DNA of 64,000 bases, from positions 434,001-498,000 of the forward strand of contig RSEE01000002.1 in NCBI GenBank assembly GCA_003971905.1. The letters are read 5' to 3'. This document shows positions 22,687 to 36,364 of this stretch, one piece after another. The translations under genes and the position numbers were made by a program. The notes under the pieces were generated by a model. The model had not been told where the DNA came from. It ran no database searches and was given only the letters and a program-made list of their open reading frames with translations. How positions within the stretch are numbered: the stretch's first letter is position 1; each line of letters begins with the position of its first letter. This DNA is from Moniliella sp. 'wahieum' (taxonomy: Eukaryota).

Positions 22687-25600
22687 TCAGGTACGAGCAA
22701 AGGCAACATGCGCATAGCTACCCGACTCGCGCCGAGAAAGCCAAGACCATGAAGAATGTCGGCTTTGTGCGAGTGCCAACCGACCGAGGCAACGTTGAAC
22801 TGATTGGCCGCGAGCGCTTGCAGAGCTCGCACACGCGCATGACTCGATGGCAGCCCACGCAACACGTGCGAAACGAGGCGCCAGCCCCATGGCCATCCAC
22901 CCTTCGCACTCTGCTAGCTCTTCTGCCTCCAGAGCACGGGGGGGGCGCTGTCGAGGCCGAGGTCAATGCTGCTGCTGCTGCTGCTGCTGCTGCTACGGTC
23001 GGCGCCGGGGGCGGCGCGTATTGACGATAATGGTAGTGATGGTGATGATGGCGATGATGGTGATGATGGTGACGGGGGTGGTGGTGGTGCCCCGGTAAAG
23101 ATCCACGTCTTCTCCACCTCTGGATTCACCACCGTCATGGCTGAGGTATCGACGATCCAGCCCCGCCGGCCGGCACCTCGAATGGCACGCCAAGCGCCAA
23201 TGCCGCCGCCGACGGTATTGAGGCAGCCGGGGCGAGGGCGACGCACTGCAAGTTGGTTGCCGCTTCCCGGGGGGGTGGATCACGTCCGAGACCAGCAAGT
23301 TGTTCGGCCAAGCTCGGTTGTGGCGCCTCGGCCAGAGGACGGAGAAGTAACGTGTAGAGCAAGGTGGCGGTCATGGGACCGTGGTGGCCATGGCCGGCGT
23401 ACGCCAAATCCACCACCTCCACTGCCCGACCTCGAAACAAGATCCAATCCGCCAACGAGGGAGAGACAGTAGCGGGGAAAAAGATAGTCCCAAGTCCAGC
23501 AGGTACGGTTGGGCCGGTAACAACGCCAATAGTTCATCGTCCATGCCACAACCACCTAGGTCCAGGTACCGCATCTGGCCCTTGCGCAGACACGCGGCAA
23601 GGCCAAGCAGTTGCTTGGCATCGCCCCGCGTCAGCGCCGGTCCATCGGTCGTCCGTCGTATGCTCAGTTCGGTCAGCTCCCTGGCCACGTCAGACAAGAC
23701 GAGATCGGTAATGCCCCGCGAACTGAGCAACGGGCACTCGGCCAGACCCAACGTGCGCAACCGCATCTGCGATCCAGCCAGAGCAACCAGGAGCGTATCG
23801 GTTACCATGGTCCGACTCAGATCGAGGTGCGTCAAGCAAGGGAAGGCGAGGGCAAACGAGAGGGCCGGTGTGGGCGCCCGAACGCCCATCAGACCTAACC
23901 GTTGCACCTGGGGGAACTGGGCGGCTTCCATTCGAGCCGAGCCGGGGTGGAGAACGGGTCCGGCCATGGTTCCGCCCCGATCGAGATAAGGACCCGGCTC
24001 GTTCAAATAAGGAGCTGGACCGAGCCGCTCCTGCTCGCCTGGATCGCTCCCCAGTCCCAGCCCACGCTCCATCGTCCTGCTCCGCGAGAGCAGAACAGGA
24101 GCTGGCTGCGACGCACCCCGAGCACGATGGTCGACTCGGTCCCAGACTCTTCGGTTAGATCGTCCGAGAACAGGTCGCCGCGCGTACGCGATCGGCCACG
24201 CGGCTCGGGACCCGTGCAGAAGGCCGGTCAGCACGGTCAGCACGGTCGAAGGATGGGTAAGATGGCGTTCGACAAAGGCCACCAGGGCAGTTTGGAAGAC
24301 GGCACTGACGCATCCGCACAAGTCGAGCGCTTTAAGTTGCTTGCGCTGTAGCGGCGGATTGGTGTCGTGCAAGGTAGCCTGCATGTCCAGTGCATTGGAT
24401 CGTTGTTCTCGCATGGCTTGAGGGAGACACCACGCAAGGACGCCGTGCGTCGCTGGAAGGTTCTGCTACGACTGGACGCACGCGGGAAGAGGAAGAGGAG
24501 GAGGAAGCGTCGGCCGATCCGGACGCGTTGTATGCCCACGACGGCCGCCGCTTCGTTCGCTCAGTACCAGAGACAGATGTTGGGCGGAAGAGGAGAGACT
24601 AGAACGGGCAGGGTGACGGCCGAGTCCATTTTCGCGCTCGCGCCAAAGATGGTCAGACAATCTCGCACCGACGTGATCAAGGCCAAAAGCCGGGCCGGGG
24701 TCACAAACCGAGCCACTTCGCCATCGCCAACTGTACGACGAAGACCCTGGGTGCGGAAGGTAGAAAAGTCAAGCACGCGAACGTATCGATGTGCTGAACA
24801 CGAGGGTTAGTATCTCGCCAACAAAAAAAAAGCAAAAGCAACACAACAGCAACGCATGTAGAAAGAAACCTACTTTATTTACGTAACGTTTCGTCTTGCC
24901 GCAATGACACCACATATCGTTGCTTCTTGCGTTTGGGTCGTGGCACCGATTCGACCTCGGACTCTGTTTCCGTCACGTCCGTCTCAGTGGCGGTGTCCGT
25001 GGTGGCGTCCGTGGCGGTCGCCTCGGACCACAGCTCGTCTTCTTCCCACACCAGCTCTAGTTCGCCGTCATTGTCGGGCAGGACACGGCCACGCACGGTG
25101 AAGGGGGGGAAAGGAGTCAAAGCAGAGGCATCCGACGTAGGAGAGCTGTAGGATGAGGGAAGCTCCGTGAGCGGAGGGCGGCGTTCCTGGGGCAAGGTCA
25201 CTCTGGTTGAGTTGGTGGTAGAAGGTGGGCGGGAAGGTTTTTTACGAGGAAGGGAGACGACCATGCGATGGCCGGTGGCGTGGGCAAACCCAGCGGCGGC
25301 AACCATGCGAGGGAAGGAGGCAGGATCGGTAGGATCGGCATTGACGGTATGCGGATCGCCGGCGGCATCGTACGCCGAGACAAGAAAGCTGGCCCCAAGG
25401 CTACGGAGGAGAAGGGATGAAGGAGTGGGGGAGGCCCACATGCACCGCGCGGAACAGGAAGGGGCGCGTCGAGGCGTGCCAGGCATGGCTGACCTGGCAC
25501 AGTGTCCAGAGCGAGCGCCGGGATGCCGTGGCCTTTCCAAGGCGCCGAGGAGCCAGCCTCGACCGGGTCGTCAGCGCCTTCGACGGCGGGGAGCAGCGGG

Positions 25601-25728
25601 TGGAGGGTGCGCGTGGCAGATGCGGGCTGGCCCAGCAGGTACACCATCTGGGCCACGAGCACCTTGAGCTCGAGCGGCAGGTCGCCGAGCGAGCGTGGCG
25701 CCGAGGGGCGCAGAGGGGCGGCGTGCAT
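22687..25728 (-). CDS. F-box + leucine-rich-repeat protein (YLR352W/Lug1-like family); intron ~24794-24873
   Basis: N-terminal F-box-like SLGDLPLELKVLVAQMV...LCQVSHAW; LDFSTFRTQGLRRT; LRRs LKALDLCGC, LTHLDLSRTMVTD, LRTLGLAEC, MRYLDLGGC; C-terminal WHSHKADILHGLGFLG-RESGSY. Minus-strand intron GTAGGT...CTAAC...CAG. Confidence 0.78.
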
Positions 25729-26025
25729 GGGGCAGATGGTGGTGCGTGGCGCATCGCGGCGGCTTGGCCAGGAAATCTGATTAAGATTTTGTTTTGGTGC
25801 GGTGATCGGGATGGGTGACAGGCACGACGCATTTTTGAACGTTTGCGGCCGGCTCTGACGGATGCTGCTGGCCAAGAACGCACAGGCCACGCCTATGACG
25901 TCACCCGCCATCCGCGTGCGCTGCCTGCCTCGGAGCCCCACCGGGTGCATCAGCAGCGCTCAGGCTCAGCAGCTCAGCAGCTCAGCACAGGCCGGCGATC
26001 CGTCGACGGCGCTGCCTTCCCCGCC

Positions 26026-27724
26026 ATGTCCACCTCCCTCCTGCCCCCTCGCCTCCTTCCTCGCCCCTCCCGCCCCGCCGGCCCCGCCGCGGCACACTGC
26101 CACCGCCTGGGACGCCCACCGCGACCCTCACTGGCGTTCTGCCCCGCCCCTTGCCTGACATGTGCCGCGAGGCTCCCCCAAGAACTGGATGCGGTGTACC
26201 CTCCGCTTGCGCCTGTCTGGTCCCGCATCCGAGCCTGGGCCCGTCGCCAGTTCCCCGAGCTCGCAGACACGCTCAACCCCCCTGCCTCGCCTGCGGCGCT
26301 CCAGGCGTTTGAGGCGTTGCTCCCCCACCGCGCTCCCGGCTGCGGAAGGAGAGTTTTGGGTTGGTGAATGGTAGGAAAACGAGTCGTTGTCGGACGGTGC
26401 TTGGGCCCGGTCTCGCGTCGGCTTACTTTTTGGTCTTCCGCTCTTGTCCATCGAGGAGGCCATGTCCGAGTGGAGGTATTGGCGCCAAGTCGACTCGGAT
26501 CCTTCTCTGGTGCCAACCCCGAGGTGAAGGCCAAGATGGCCTCTTGTCCCGACGGATGGGTCGCATCGCATACAGCCATCCAGGTTGGGTACCGTTGGTT
26601 TCGGATCAGATGGGTAACTACATTGGTTGTTGATCTCAGCCCGCCTTGCCCGCCCAATCCTCGGGAAGGAGCGGGCAGGGACGTGCCGGCCAAGTGATTG
26701 TTTTTGGTCGTGACTTTGATACTCCAGTCCTCCATCCGGCTGTGGCCAGGGTGGCTGGGCTCATTTCTTGGCCTACGTCGCTGAAACGCTTGAGCGTGGA
26801 ACGTTTTTCACCCTCGATGATGACTTGGACGAGGCAAGCGACGAGGAGGATTTGATTGGGTACGAAGACTATCTTGCAGGCTCGACCGGCGCCAGTGCGG
26901 CTGGTGGGGGACTGGCCAGTAGCCACCTCGGCGGATACGGGTTCCGTTTGTGCAATCCTTACAAGGGGCACAGCGTACTTTCTGCTCTGGCCGACCAGAG
27001 TGCTAAGTATTGGGAGGCCCAAGGGTACCTTTGTGGCGTTTCTCCTGCCGAGCTGGCCTGGAGAAACGCGCAACATTCGATTCCGACGTGACTGCACCTT
27101 CAATCGACCCGGAAGAGCATCAAGAACATGTTCTTTTCGATCGGTTGGATGGCGTACGCTACCCCCATGGCCATACCTAAGCCCTCGGACCTGACTAGTC
27201 CCGCACCTCGGGCGTGCGAGCTCGAGCATCCACTCAGTCCTGTCAGCGAGACAGGCATGAGCACCAACTCAACCTTCTCAACCGAGTCTGGGATTGGCAC
27301 GCCGCGCGACAAGCTCCGCCGCCCCAATCGAACGATTGGTTGGCGCTGCCAACGATTGATGATGTGCAAGCGGTGCAAGGAAGCTCTGCAAAGCGCACTT
27401 GGACCGGACTATCTCTCTATAGCACCTTGGCGAAACCGTACTACCACCCGTCGGTTCCCTATGGTTCCCTCTCCCTCGCCCTCCAAGACTGACGACGAGG
27501 TGGTCAGCTTGCCCTCTACTCTCACCACGCCCGCGACCAAACCGTTTTGGTCCTTTTTCTTTTCTCGCCCTCAACCCGCCACGGCCCAAGAGATGCAAGG
27601 TGACATTCGATGCCCTCTCTCTAGCTGGGCATGGTCTCGGCCTGCAACCTGCGCCTTCAGTTCGCCTTCCTCTCCTGACATCTGGCATTCTCATTCCTGT
27701 GTAACTCCCCAAGCGGCAACTTAA
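26026..27724 (+). CDS. SMI1: Smi1/Knr4 cell-wall glucan synthesis regulator (SUKH domain); 3' end uncertain (27091 or 27724)
   Basis: YPPLAPVWSRIRAWARRQFPELADTLNPPA; MASCPDGW..YSHPGWVPLVSDQMGNYIG(V)DLSP; GQVIVFGRDFDT. Confidence 0.82.
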
Positions 27725-28271
27725 CGTGCATCGTTGCAAATGACTGTCGTTTCAGTTCGGGGCATCTGTAAGTAGCTAAGTGGATTTCGCACTTTACCAC
27801 CCCCATCCCCCACTTGGTCGGGCTCGGGTTGGTGGTGGGTCTCCCTATCGATTCTGTTAATATTCCTTCAAGTTGGCCTTTGTCCTCCCTCCCCGTTCCT
27901 CTCCTTTTCGCCTGCTTTCTGTACAGATTTCGATTCGTCTTGTCGTGTGTACAAGTTTCGATCCATCTTGTCGTGTACTCTGACAGCCTCTGTGTACTAT
28001 ATGCTTCCCTAATGCCTACCCTCCCAAGCCCATCTCCATCTGATGGAGCTCCTTTGTATTGCGTCGTATGGGCTGCGGTGCAGCTACCACTGCAGCCGCG
28101 ATCCCACACTTGGTACCTTGCTCCTCACTCTAATTCACCTTCAATTGACTTGGCCCCTTCCGCCCTCACATGTGACAGGGGGGTATCGTAGAGTACAGCT
28201 AGCCACACCGGGACAGCCGCGCATCCACCATGGCTCAGCGCTCAACGCTCGTCATGCGTCAGCACGTACGC

Positions 28272-31200
28272 TCAATGCGCAGCCGACGCGGCCGTGCCAG
28301 GCGGGGCAAAGCCACCAATCAGCGTGACAATAGCAGCTGACCCAGGTGCGTCGGTGTCTCGCGCAGGTAAGGTGGGTGGTGATGTAGGTAGGCGCGGCGG
28401 GTGCTTCGGGCTTGTTGGGGCCGTGCGGCGAAGAGGACGGGAAGCGAGGCCCAAGGCTTCGGTAAAGGCCGGATCGTAGTTATCGTGAACGGTAGAGGGG
28501 CCGGGCACGCCCGCCAGGGGATTTTTGTTTGCCGCTGTTGGGCTCGTTGCGTCAGTGGCGTTGGAGTTGACGTTGAAGTTGATGTTGGAGTTGACGGTGA
28601 CGTTCACGTCGCCCTTGCCGCCAGCATCGACTGGCACCGACGGCACGTACATGTATTCCCCCGAGTAGGTCCCGGCAGTAGACTCGGTCATCATGGACCA
28701 CGACCGACCCCCCCTGGCAGACGCGGAACGCCGTACCCGTTCCCATACTCATACCCATACCCATACCCAACCCCACCCACCGTCCTGGCACTGGGACTGG
28801 GGCAGCGCAAGCGACTGGGTCCCCAGCCCAGTCCAGGCCGACGTGGCAGCGATGGAGCGCGCGGGTACGTGGGCAAACGCACAGCCGCACCCGGGCATGC
28901 CGTCCGGCATACGGGAGTGACGGTGGGTGGCAACGCAGGAAAAGGCTGGACTGATGCCATTGCCCCCGATCCCGCCTTGGATCGTGGCGTCTCTGTTGCA
29001 AGAAGCAGGGAGAGGGGTACAGTATCAGTGCTAGTAGAACGACGACGAGTGGGATAGTGGGCCAGGGATTGAGCCCGAGCCCGAGACCGAGTGCGAGCGG
29101 GAGCAGGAGCAGGAGCAAGAGCAGCAACTGGAGGTGCGCCGCTGCCTCTGGCTCAGTTTCGAGGGTGCGAATGGGATCCGTTTCGCTCGCTTTCCAGTTC
29201 GGCGCACCACCTGGGCTCCGGTCCCACGGGGGGGGGACGCGTGCGGGGGGCTGCTACCCACCGAGGCCAGCGAGGTGACCGACGGTTCCAATAAGCCTGC
29301 TGACACAGCGCTCCCATTTCCATTTCCGCTCCCGCATCCGCACCCGCTTTCGTTCGATCCCCCTCCTGCACGCCAGGAGGGAACCCAAGATCGCCACCAG
29401 CCCGCGATGGCAGAGGGAAGAGGCAGCGAAGTGGGATATGGATGGGGACTGTCGTTGCCTGCGCCGGGACCCAGACCATCGTTCCGGGGGGGACAAGGTG
29501 CTGGGCCGAGCTAGGGCAGGCCAAGGTGTTTCGTTGAGCTTGTCGCAACGTCTCGAGAGCCGACATGGATTGTCGGGTCCCGGACGGAGGGGGAAGCAGG
29601 ACAAGGGTAGGAATGGCCATGGCTACCGATCTTGAGGGACTGTCCTGTGTCCCGTCGTCGCTGGGTTCGGAACAGAAGTCCAAGGGACACGGGAAACGAG
29701 TGGGTAGAGGCAGAGCGCGAAGAAGGGGGACATTCAAGTAGCTGTCACTGCGTCTCGACCCGCGGTGCCGCGCGCCATGTCGTAAGGGTAGCCCGTGGTC
29801 CAGCGACCCAGCTCGCGCGGCGAGGTGAGGGCTGGACACGTTCGAGCATGTAGAGTGGCAAGTGGATGAGGTGGGCGAAACAGGGGCACCAAGCCACAAC
29901 ATTTTGTCTTCCGTACTATCCGTCGCACGCGACGACGGTGATATGGCTCGTTCTCCCACCGTCCGTGTTACCGCAGGAAGAGAAAGGCGGGCCAAGGAGA
30001 GGGAAAGGGAACCAACCGGATAGCTTGGACGTCGCGGTTGCCTTGTCCGTCGCTGGGCCTGGCTGAGCGTCAGAGAGGGAGCAACGAGCGTACGGGAGAA
30101 CGAGGAGGCAGAGGCAGTAGACAAGCTGGTGCGGGGCGGCACCACCGGCGCACTGCCCGGCACCCATTCCGGCGCCATTAAATGCGAAAGCGACCGTGCG
30201 CGGCTCGAGTTGCGCATCTGGTGCCCGGGTCGATGGAAACGTGGAGAGGGGAGCAGGTGATGCGGCACGACCGGTCAATGCCGGCTGCCGAGACAGGAGG
30301 GGATGAAGCACCGTCGTTGTGTTGGGCGCAGCATGATCGAAGTAGTCGGTTGCCCCCTGGGCAGGGTAGACCCCCACAGAGGAAAGGTAGACTGGCCTGA
30401 CTTGGTTTGTCGTCGCCCGCGTCGAGGTGGGATGGGGAGTGCGGGGGGCAACCAGTGGCGGAGGCGGTGGGGCCCGGATCCGACAGGAGAGAAAGCGAGC
30501 GGAGTAAGGCTCTTCGCCGCTCGCCCTCCTTGTGCCCTTCGGACGCAGACTGGGACTGGCGCCCACGCTGCCTTGCTGATACAAGCGCGTCCTGCCCACC
30601 GTACACGGCGTGGCCAGGGACGCCCGCGTGCGCCGCAACGCGCGAGCCATGCAATCCAGCCGAGGTAGGACCCGCATACGCCCAACTCCACGCGGCTGGG
30701 GTGGTAGCCGGGTAGCCCGAGTAGCTGTAGGCGTGGCTGCGGCCGGGGGGGACGCGGCTCGTTGATAGGCCGAGAGGCATGGGAGACGGTCGAAGCGGTG
30801 GCCAGCGCCCCGGCCACAGGCGTCGGAGCCCCGGAGTACAGCCCCCATACCGGCCTATGCTCTGTGCCGACCCGCGCACATCCTCCTCCTGGCATGCCGC
30901 CGAGCAGTAAAGCACCGCCTTGTGGGACTGCGCCGCGGCTCGCTTCATGTCCTGCCCCACTGTTTTGCCGCGCGAGGAATGCGATACGGAGCCCCCACAT
31001 CCGGTGCCCCCTGGCGTGGTGGGGGACATGTGGTTTGGGGTGACGGGAGCACCATTGGCCAGAACACCGGTGCCCGCGGGGATAGCACATTCGCACACAC
31101 TGCAAATCGTCTGGTTCCACACGTCGTAGCCATCGAGTTCGATCGCAGCTAACGCCTCGTCTTCCGATGAGGAAGAAGAGTGGTGTGCCCGTGTCAGACT

Positions 31201-31416
31201 CGGCATCGGCATCAGCATCGGCATCGCATGGGGAAAATGGGCTGGGTCGTCCGTGGCAGGGGCCGGCTGAGGTGGGAGGAAGCGCGGCGGCGGCGGCGAC
31301 GGGCTTCGTGCGCGTCCTGGCGGCGGAGCTTCTCCTTAAATTGGGCGCGGAGCTGGGTGAGATCGGGACGGCTGGTAGCGGCGGCGGTGCCAGCGCGTGG
31401 GCGGGGGTCGGGCCAT
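28272..31416 (-). CDS. Large low-complexity protein with an N-terminal Ecl1/2/3-type zinc motif; boundaries approximate, may be more than one gene
   Basis: WNQTICSVCECAIP ... LYCSAACQEED (CxxC...YCSxxC) in ORF 30178-31224. Ser/Pro/Arg-rich frames continue down to the stop at 28272. Confidence 0.55.
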
Positions 31417-33315
31417 GGGAGGGAAGAGAGGAGGGCCGGGCGGGGGTGATGGTGTGCTGGGAGAGGCGCGCGGGCGATGGATGCTGGCTGGGGAGGGCGA
31501 AATGCGCATGCCGGGAGGCGGGCGGTGGGAAGGTGCGCAGGGCATGGATGCGCGGGGCGTGGATGCGCTCGGACGGCTGGGGATGCAGCCCAGCACGGCA
31601 CAGAGCGTAGTTGGATGCACTATATCTAGGTACAGCTAGCACCTATGCATTGTTGTGCTACGATGTACGCGATAATCGCCATCCCCGCACTCCTGCCCCG
31701 CTGCCACGTCTCAGATCTGACGCTGGACGCCAGGGCCAGCCACTGGCCCAGAGCGCCTCAGCGCCTCAGCGGACCATATGTCGCGTGCACCCTGGCCGCT
31801 GCGTCCCACAGCACCGCCAGCACCCCCACCACACCCAGCCCAGTGCGCGTGTGCACTGGCCTGCCCTGCCCCCATCCACCCAGCCTCTGCGTGCCTGCGA
31901 TCTCACACGAGACCTGCGCCCTGTGCGCCTCTCTCTCTGATCATCGGCATGCCCAAACTTCCCCCTTGCCCCTCTGGTCCCATTGCGATTCTTGTCATTC
32001 GAGCCGTCGACGGTGGGTGTCCCACAGGGGCGAGGATGGTGCGTGATGCATAAAGCAGGCAGGCGCCCGGGCGCAGCATTGCAGCTAAGCGCTAAGAGCC
32101 GCTCGGCGTTATTGGGAGCGTACTCAGTACTCCGCACTCCGCACCGCACTCTTCTGTTGACCAGGGTCCTATGGGCCAGCCACCTCCGCGGCACTCCTGA
32201 CCTTCTTACTCATCCGGGCACCACACCAGTATCCCTATCCCCTGGCCTAGTGCCGCCCTCCTTCCTTCCTTCTTCTTCTTCTTCTTCTGATCCTCAGTCT
32301 GGGTTCAACCCAGCTCCTGTCTTCTCTCGGCCATTGCATAACTGCACTTAGGACGTCGCTGGGAAACCAGGATCATTATCTTCGTCAATTATAGTGCTGA
32401 GACTCAGCGCGCTGAGGCGCAATGTGTACTCCGTACGAACGCTGAACGAACGGTGGTACGTTGGGCGAATGTGTTTGACATTTGAAGCTTGAAGGTTGAA
32501 TATAATGTCGGGCTCAGCTGTGAGGCTCACATGCACAGTGTGCCAGCCATCGAGTGGACTGTGTCTGCCCGGTATGCTGGGAAGACGCTGGGGTGTAACA
32601 TGTAAGTGATACTACGCTTCGCTTCATGTCACATGTCAAGCTTCAAGAGCCTCAAGAAAAGCCTGGCATGTCACTGCGACATGGGATGACGTGAGCCTGA
32701 GGCCTGGGGGGACGAGGATTCGATGAAGCTTGAAGATTGGATATTGGACGATGGAATGCCGAGTCACTATAGTTTGAACTGTGGGCGCAGCAACAGAGAT
32801 GAGCGCAGCCAGGACGAACGGCGACAAGCGAGCACACACTGAGCTGGTGAGACGGGGAATTGAACTGAATTGAATCGAGCTGAATTGAGGATTGGATACT
32901 GGGTGGAGATCGGAGATGCGGCTGGTCACGCGCGTGACGATGCTGAAGAAGAATGCCGTGGTGGAATGAGTTGTTCGCGTCGCTGCCTCCAAATAGTGGG
33001 GCTATGGTGGGGTCAACCAGTAGTAACTGGGTTTAATATTTCATTTTGCGCCTGAAGCAACCCTAGCGGGCTGCTTTGCAAGATCTGCGATTTGAATCGA
33101 CGAGACGAAGAGAAGGGGCGGTTGAAATTGCAAGCTGCACATTGCAACCTTGAAACCGATGTGGCGTCACCGCATGGTCTTTTTCCCAGCCGCCGCGTCG
33201 CGTTCATCGTTCATCGCCGAGCGGCGGCGATGGATGAGCCTGGTGCGTCGCCACCACTTCCTTTGCTCTGCCGGCGGTGGTTGGTGTTTGGTATCTGCCC
33301 CCGTCTGTTTGCACT

Positions 33316-34511
33316 ATGCCCTCCGATCTGGACAGGTGCGTCCTGCCCCCTTCCGCTGGTGCTCGTGCTGACCTGCCGCCGCATCCCCAGACAAATCAGC
33401 CTGCTGCGCGAGTGCAAGCTGATCAGCGAAGACGAGGTGCGCGACCTGTGTCTGCGCGCACGCGAAATTCTCATCGAGGAGGAGAATGTGCAGCATGTCG
33501 ATGCGCCCGTCACCATCTGCGGCGACATCACGCCAGTTCTACACCTACTCGAACTCTTCCAGCACGGCGGCGATTGCCGCTAACTACCTCTTCATGGGTG
33601 CGTATTATCCTCCCTCTCCCCTCCCCTCTCCCCCTCTCTCCCTCCCTCTCCCCCCCACATCACGCCCCCCCCCCAACGTGCCGCGGAAAACTGACCCGCC
33701 CCACTCACCCTTCCAGGCGACTTGTGGATCGAGGGTACTACAGTGTCGAGACGTTCCTTCTCTTGGCCTACAGTACGCTACCCCGATCGAATCATCTCAT
33801 CGCGGCAACACGAGAGTCGACAGATCACGCAAGTCTACGGCTTTTACGACGAATGTCTGCGCAAGTACGGCTCGGTCAAGGTGTGGTGCTACTGCTGTGG
33901 ACGTATTTGATTACCTCGCCTTGGGTGCTCGTAGTGGATGGGAGGGTGTTCTGCGTGCACGGTGGGCTCAGCCCCAGCATCAGCACCATTGATCAGGTAC
34001 GTCCCTTCCCACTTCTCTATCTGTTCTCACTCTAACTCTGCCGCGCGCATCAGATCCGCGCAATCGACAGGAAACAAGAGGTGCCTCATGAAGGCGGCAT
34101 GTGGACCTGCTTTGGTCCGATCCGGAGGGTATGTCCTTTTGTCCCTGTTTAGAGCATGTACTAATCGGGGTCACCTTCCTCCCCCCACCCTTGTTCTACA
34201 CAGAATCAAGGGCTGGGGAATGTCACCCCGTGGCGCTGGCTGGCTTTTTGGAGGGGACGTGGTGGATGCGTTACCCACACCAATGGCTTAGACTTGATCG
34301 CTCGTGCTATCAACTGGTACTGGAAGGATTCAAGTTTATGTTCAACCAGCAGATTGTCACGGTCTGGTCGGCGCCTAACATTGCTACCGCTGGGTAACAT
34401 GCCAGCCTACGCTGGACGATGGCCTGAACCAAAGTACTGCACCTTTAATGAGGCACGCAAGACACGCGCTCGGCTCCTGCCAAACGACCGCCACCGGCCT
34501 ACTTCCTGTGA
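33316..34511 (+). CDS. PPH3: Ser/Thr protein phosphatase 4 catalytic subunit (PP2A family); 4 introns
   Basis: [122 protein letters not shown]-terminal YFL-TGA. Introns begin at 33336, ~33598, ~33997 and ~34129. Confidence 0.9.
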
Positions 34512-34590
34512 TCACAGCTTGTTACTTGTCATGTGTAAACTATACCTGTTTCAGGAGCGTCGCCGCTGTTCATAGCCTGCCTTCTTGCTA

Positions 34591-36339
34591 TCATAGCCTG
34601 TCGGGGCCATCGCGCCATGCATCGCCTACCCGCGTGCCAAACCGATCCCATCCGAGGCGGGCACAGTCGGGTCCACCGTCATAGGCCAGCCGGGGAGGGA
34701 GGTTAACTCTTGGGTCTCGCCCGGACGCCAAGGCGCAAAGTGTTAGGATCTTTGGGTACAACCTCGGGGCGCCAGCGCCATCGCGTTTTCTTCGGCCGAC
34801 AGCTGGCCCAATAGCGCATTCGCAATGTATCCCCCATGACTGCATCATGTGATGAAACGCATTCCCACAGTCGCCCGTGGCCAGTAACAGGGCCTGACCA
34901 AAGGCCGGATGAAAGTCCAGCAGGAACTCCTCGTCTGAACTATCGGTGCACAGCAGATACACACATCCGTAATCGGTTTGTGGGCAAACCGAGGCAGCCA
35001 TTGCTGGATCAAGGCGCGAATCTCGCGCGAAAACATACCTCGGGAACAGCAAATTTGGTCTCGGGCGGCTCAGAGACGGTGCCGTTGGAATGGGTATAGC
35101 CGGATACTCGTTGCAGATCTTGATCTGGTGGTCGTCTGAAGGCTCAAAAAAGAAGCTAGGCAGCGGGGAGGGAGGTATACGAATCAGTACCATGCGCATC
35201 AGCTCAGACAACCCAAGGACGTACCCTTTGACAGGGTGGTAAATCACCGGCATGCCCTTGAGCGGCGCCGCCTCTTCGGGCGTCAACTGCAAATGTCCCA
35301 CTGTCCAGCACTGAAGTAGCTTTCGTCAGCGCTCAGCCCCAGCCAACCTACATGGTGCATACACAGCCAAGCAAACAGCAAGACGTACCTTGGCCACCAC
35401 TTGACGCTGTAGATCCACCAACGCCGGAGCCCACGCTCCAGCACACAGCACCACATGCTCCTCTTTCCACACCTTGCCATCTTGGGTCGTCAACTGCACA
35501 CCTCCCTTGCCCCCCGGAGCGTCCCACGGGCAAGGTGGACCACCTTGCCCGCCGCTCCGGTGAGGTAAGTGACGCCCAACCGCTGCGCCTCAGTCGCAGC
35601 CGCTAGCAACGCGCCGCGCGCATGCACCCACCCTTCTACCATTGAACAGCGCATACCACTCGTCGGTCTTGGTCCCGAGCCAAGCCAAGGCCGGCACTTT
35701 ACTCTGCACCTGTCCCTGATCGCCCTGGAGCAGCGTGAGGCTGTTGCGATAAAACTCATCCCGAGCAAGGTGCGTGTAAATCGCCCGTATCCTCTGCCTC
35801 CTCCGATCCTTGGTCCGATACCTTGACCCGCCCCACTTCGTGCCAGTAGGGTCGGTACACAGGATCCTGCCGCCACGCATTCGTGATGCGCTGCGCCATC
35901 GCCCCGTAAAACGGGTTGAGCGTATCGTTCCCCAAAATCTACGCACACACACATACGCGCGAGCAGGGAGGTGGATGTGTACAGGGGTACTACGAGTTAG
36001 CCTCCATATCCGTTCCAGCCGAGGCGGGTAATGAGGAGGCCTGAGGGGGGAGGACAGGCGCCTGGACACGTACCTTGTTCAAATCATTCCCGGCGCTCAC
36101 CTGACTAGGCGGCGCATGGGCATCAAGAGCCACCACATTGGTGAACCCGCGTCGGGCCAAGGTAAGCGCCAGCGACGCTCCAAACGTGCCGGCACCGCCA
36201 ACGATGATGATGCGCGTATCGGGGAGAGAGAGGGAAATAGCGGTACGAATGCGGTCAGACGGCAGAGTGGGGAAACCCGGTGGTGGTAAGGAGCCTGGAC
36301 AGGAGTGGTAGTGAGCCAAGCAGCTGGGGATGGATACAT
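34591..36339 (-). CDS. FAD-dependent oxidoreductase of the sarcosine/pipecolate/fructosyl-amino-acid oxidase family
   Basis: Rossmann motif IIIVGGAGTFGASLALTLARRG; SAGNDLNKV; GWVHARGAL; FFFEP...IKICNEYP; CTDSSDEEFLLDFHP..LLLATGDCGNAF. Start codon approximate. Confidence 0.82.
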
Positions 36340-36343
36340 ATGC

Positions 36344-36364
36344 ACGTTAAACGTTAAACGTTAA
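36344..36364. repeat. (ACGTTAA)3 heptamer array (AACGTT + A)
   Basis: Three perfect units immediately upstream of the oxidase start. Confidence 0.75.

Noticed and set aside
9989..31642. Many long overlapping Pro/Arg/Gly-rich ORFs on both strands
   Set aside because: Artefacts of high GC and hexamer repeats in alternative frames of the genes already called.
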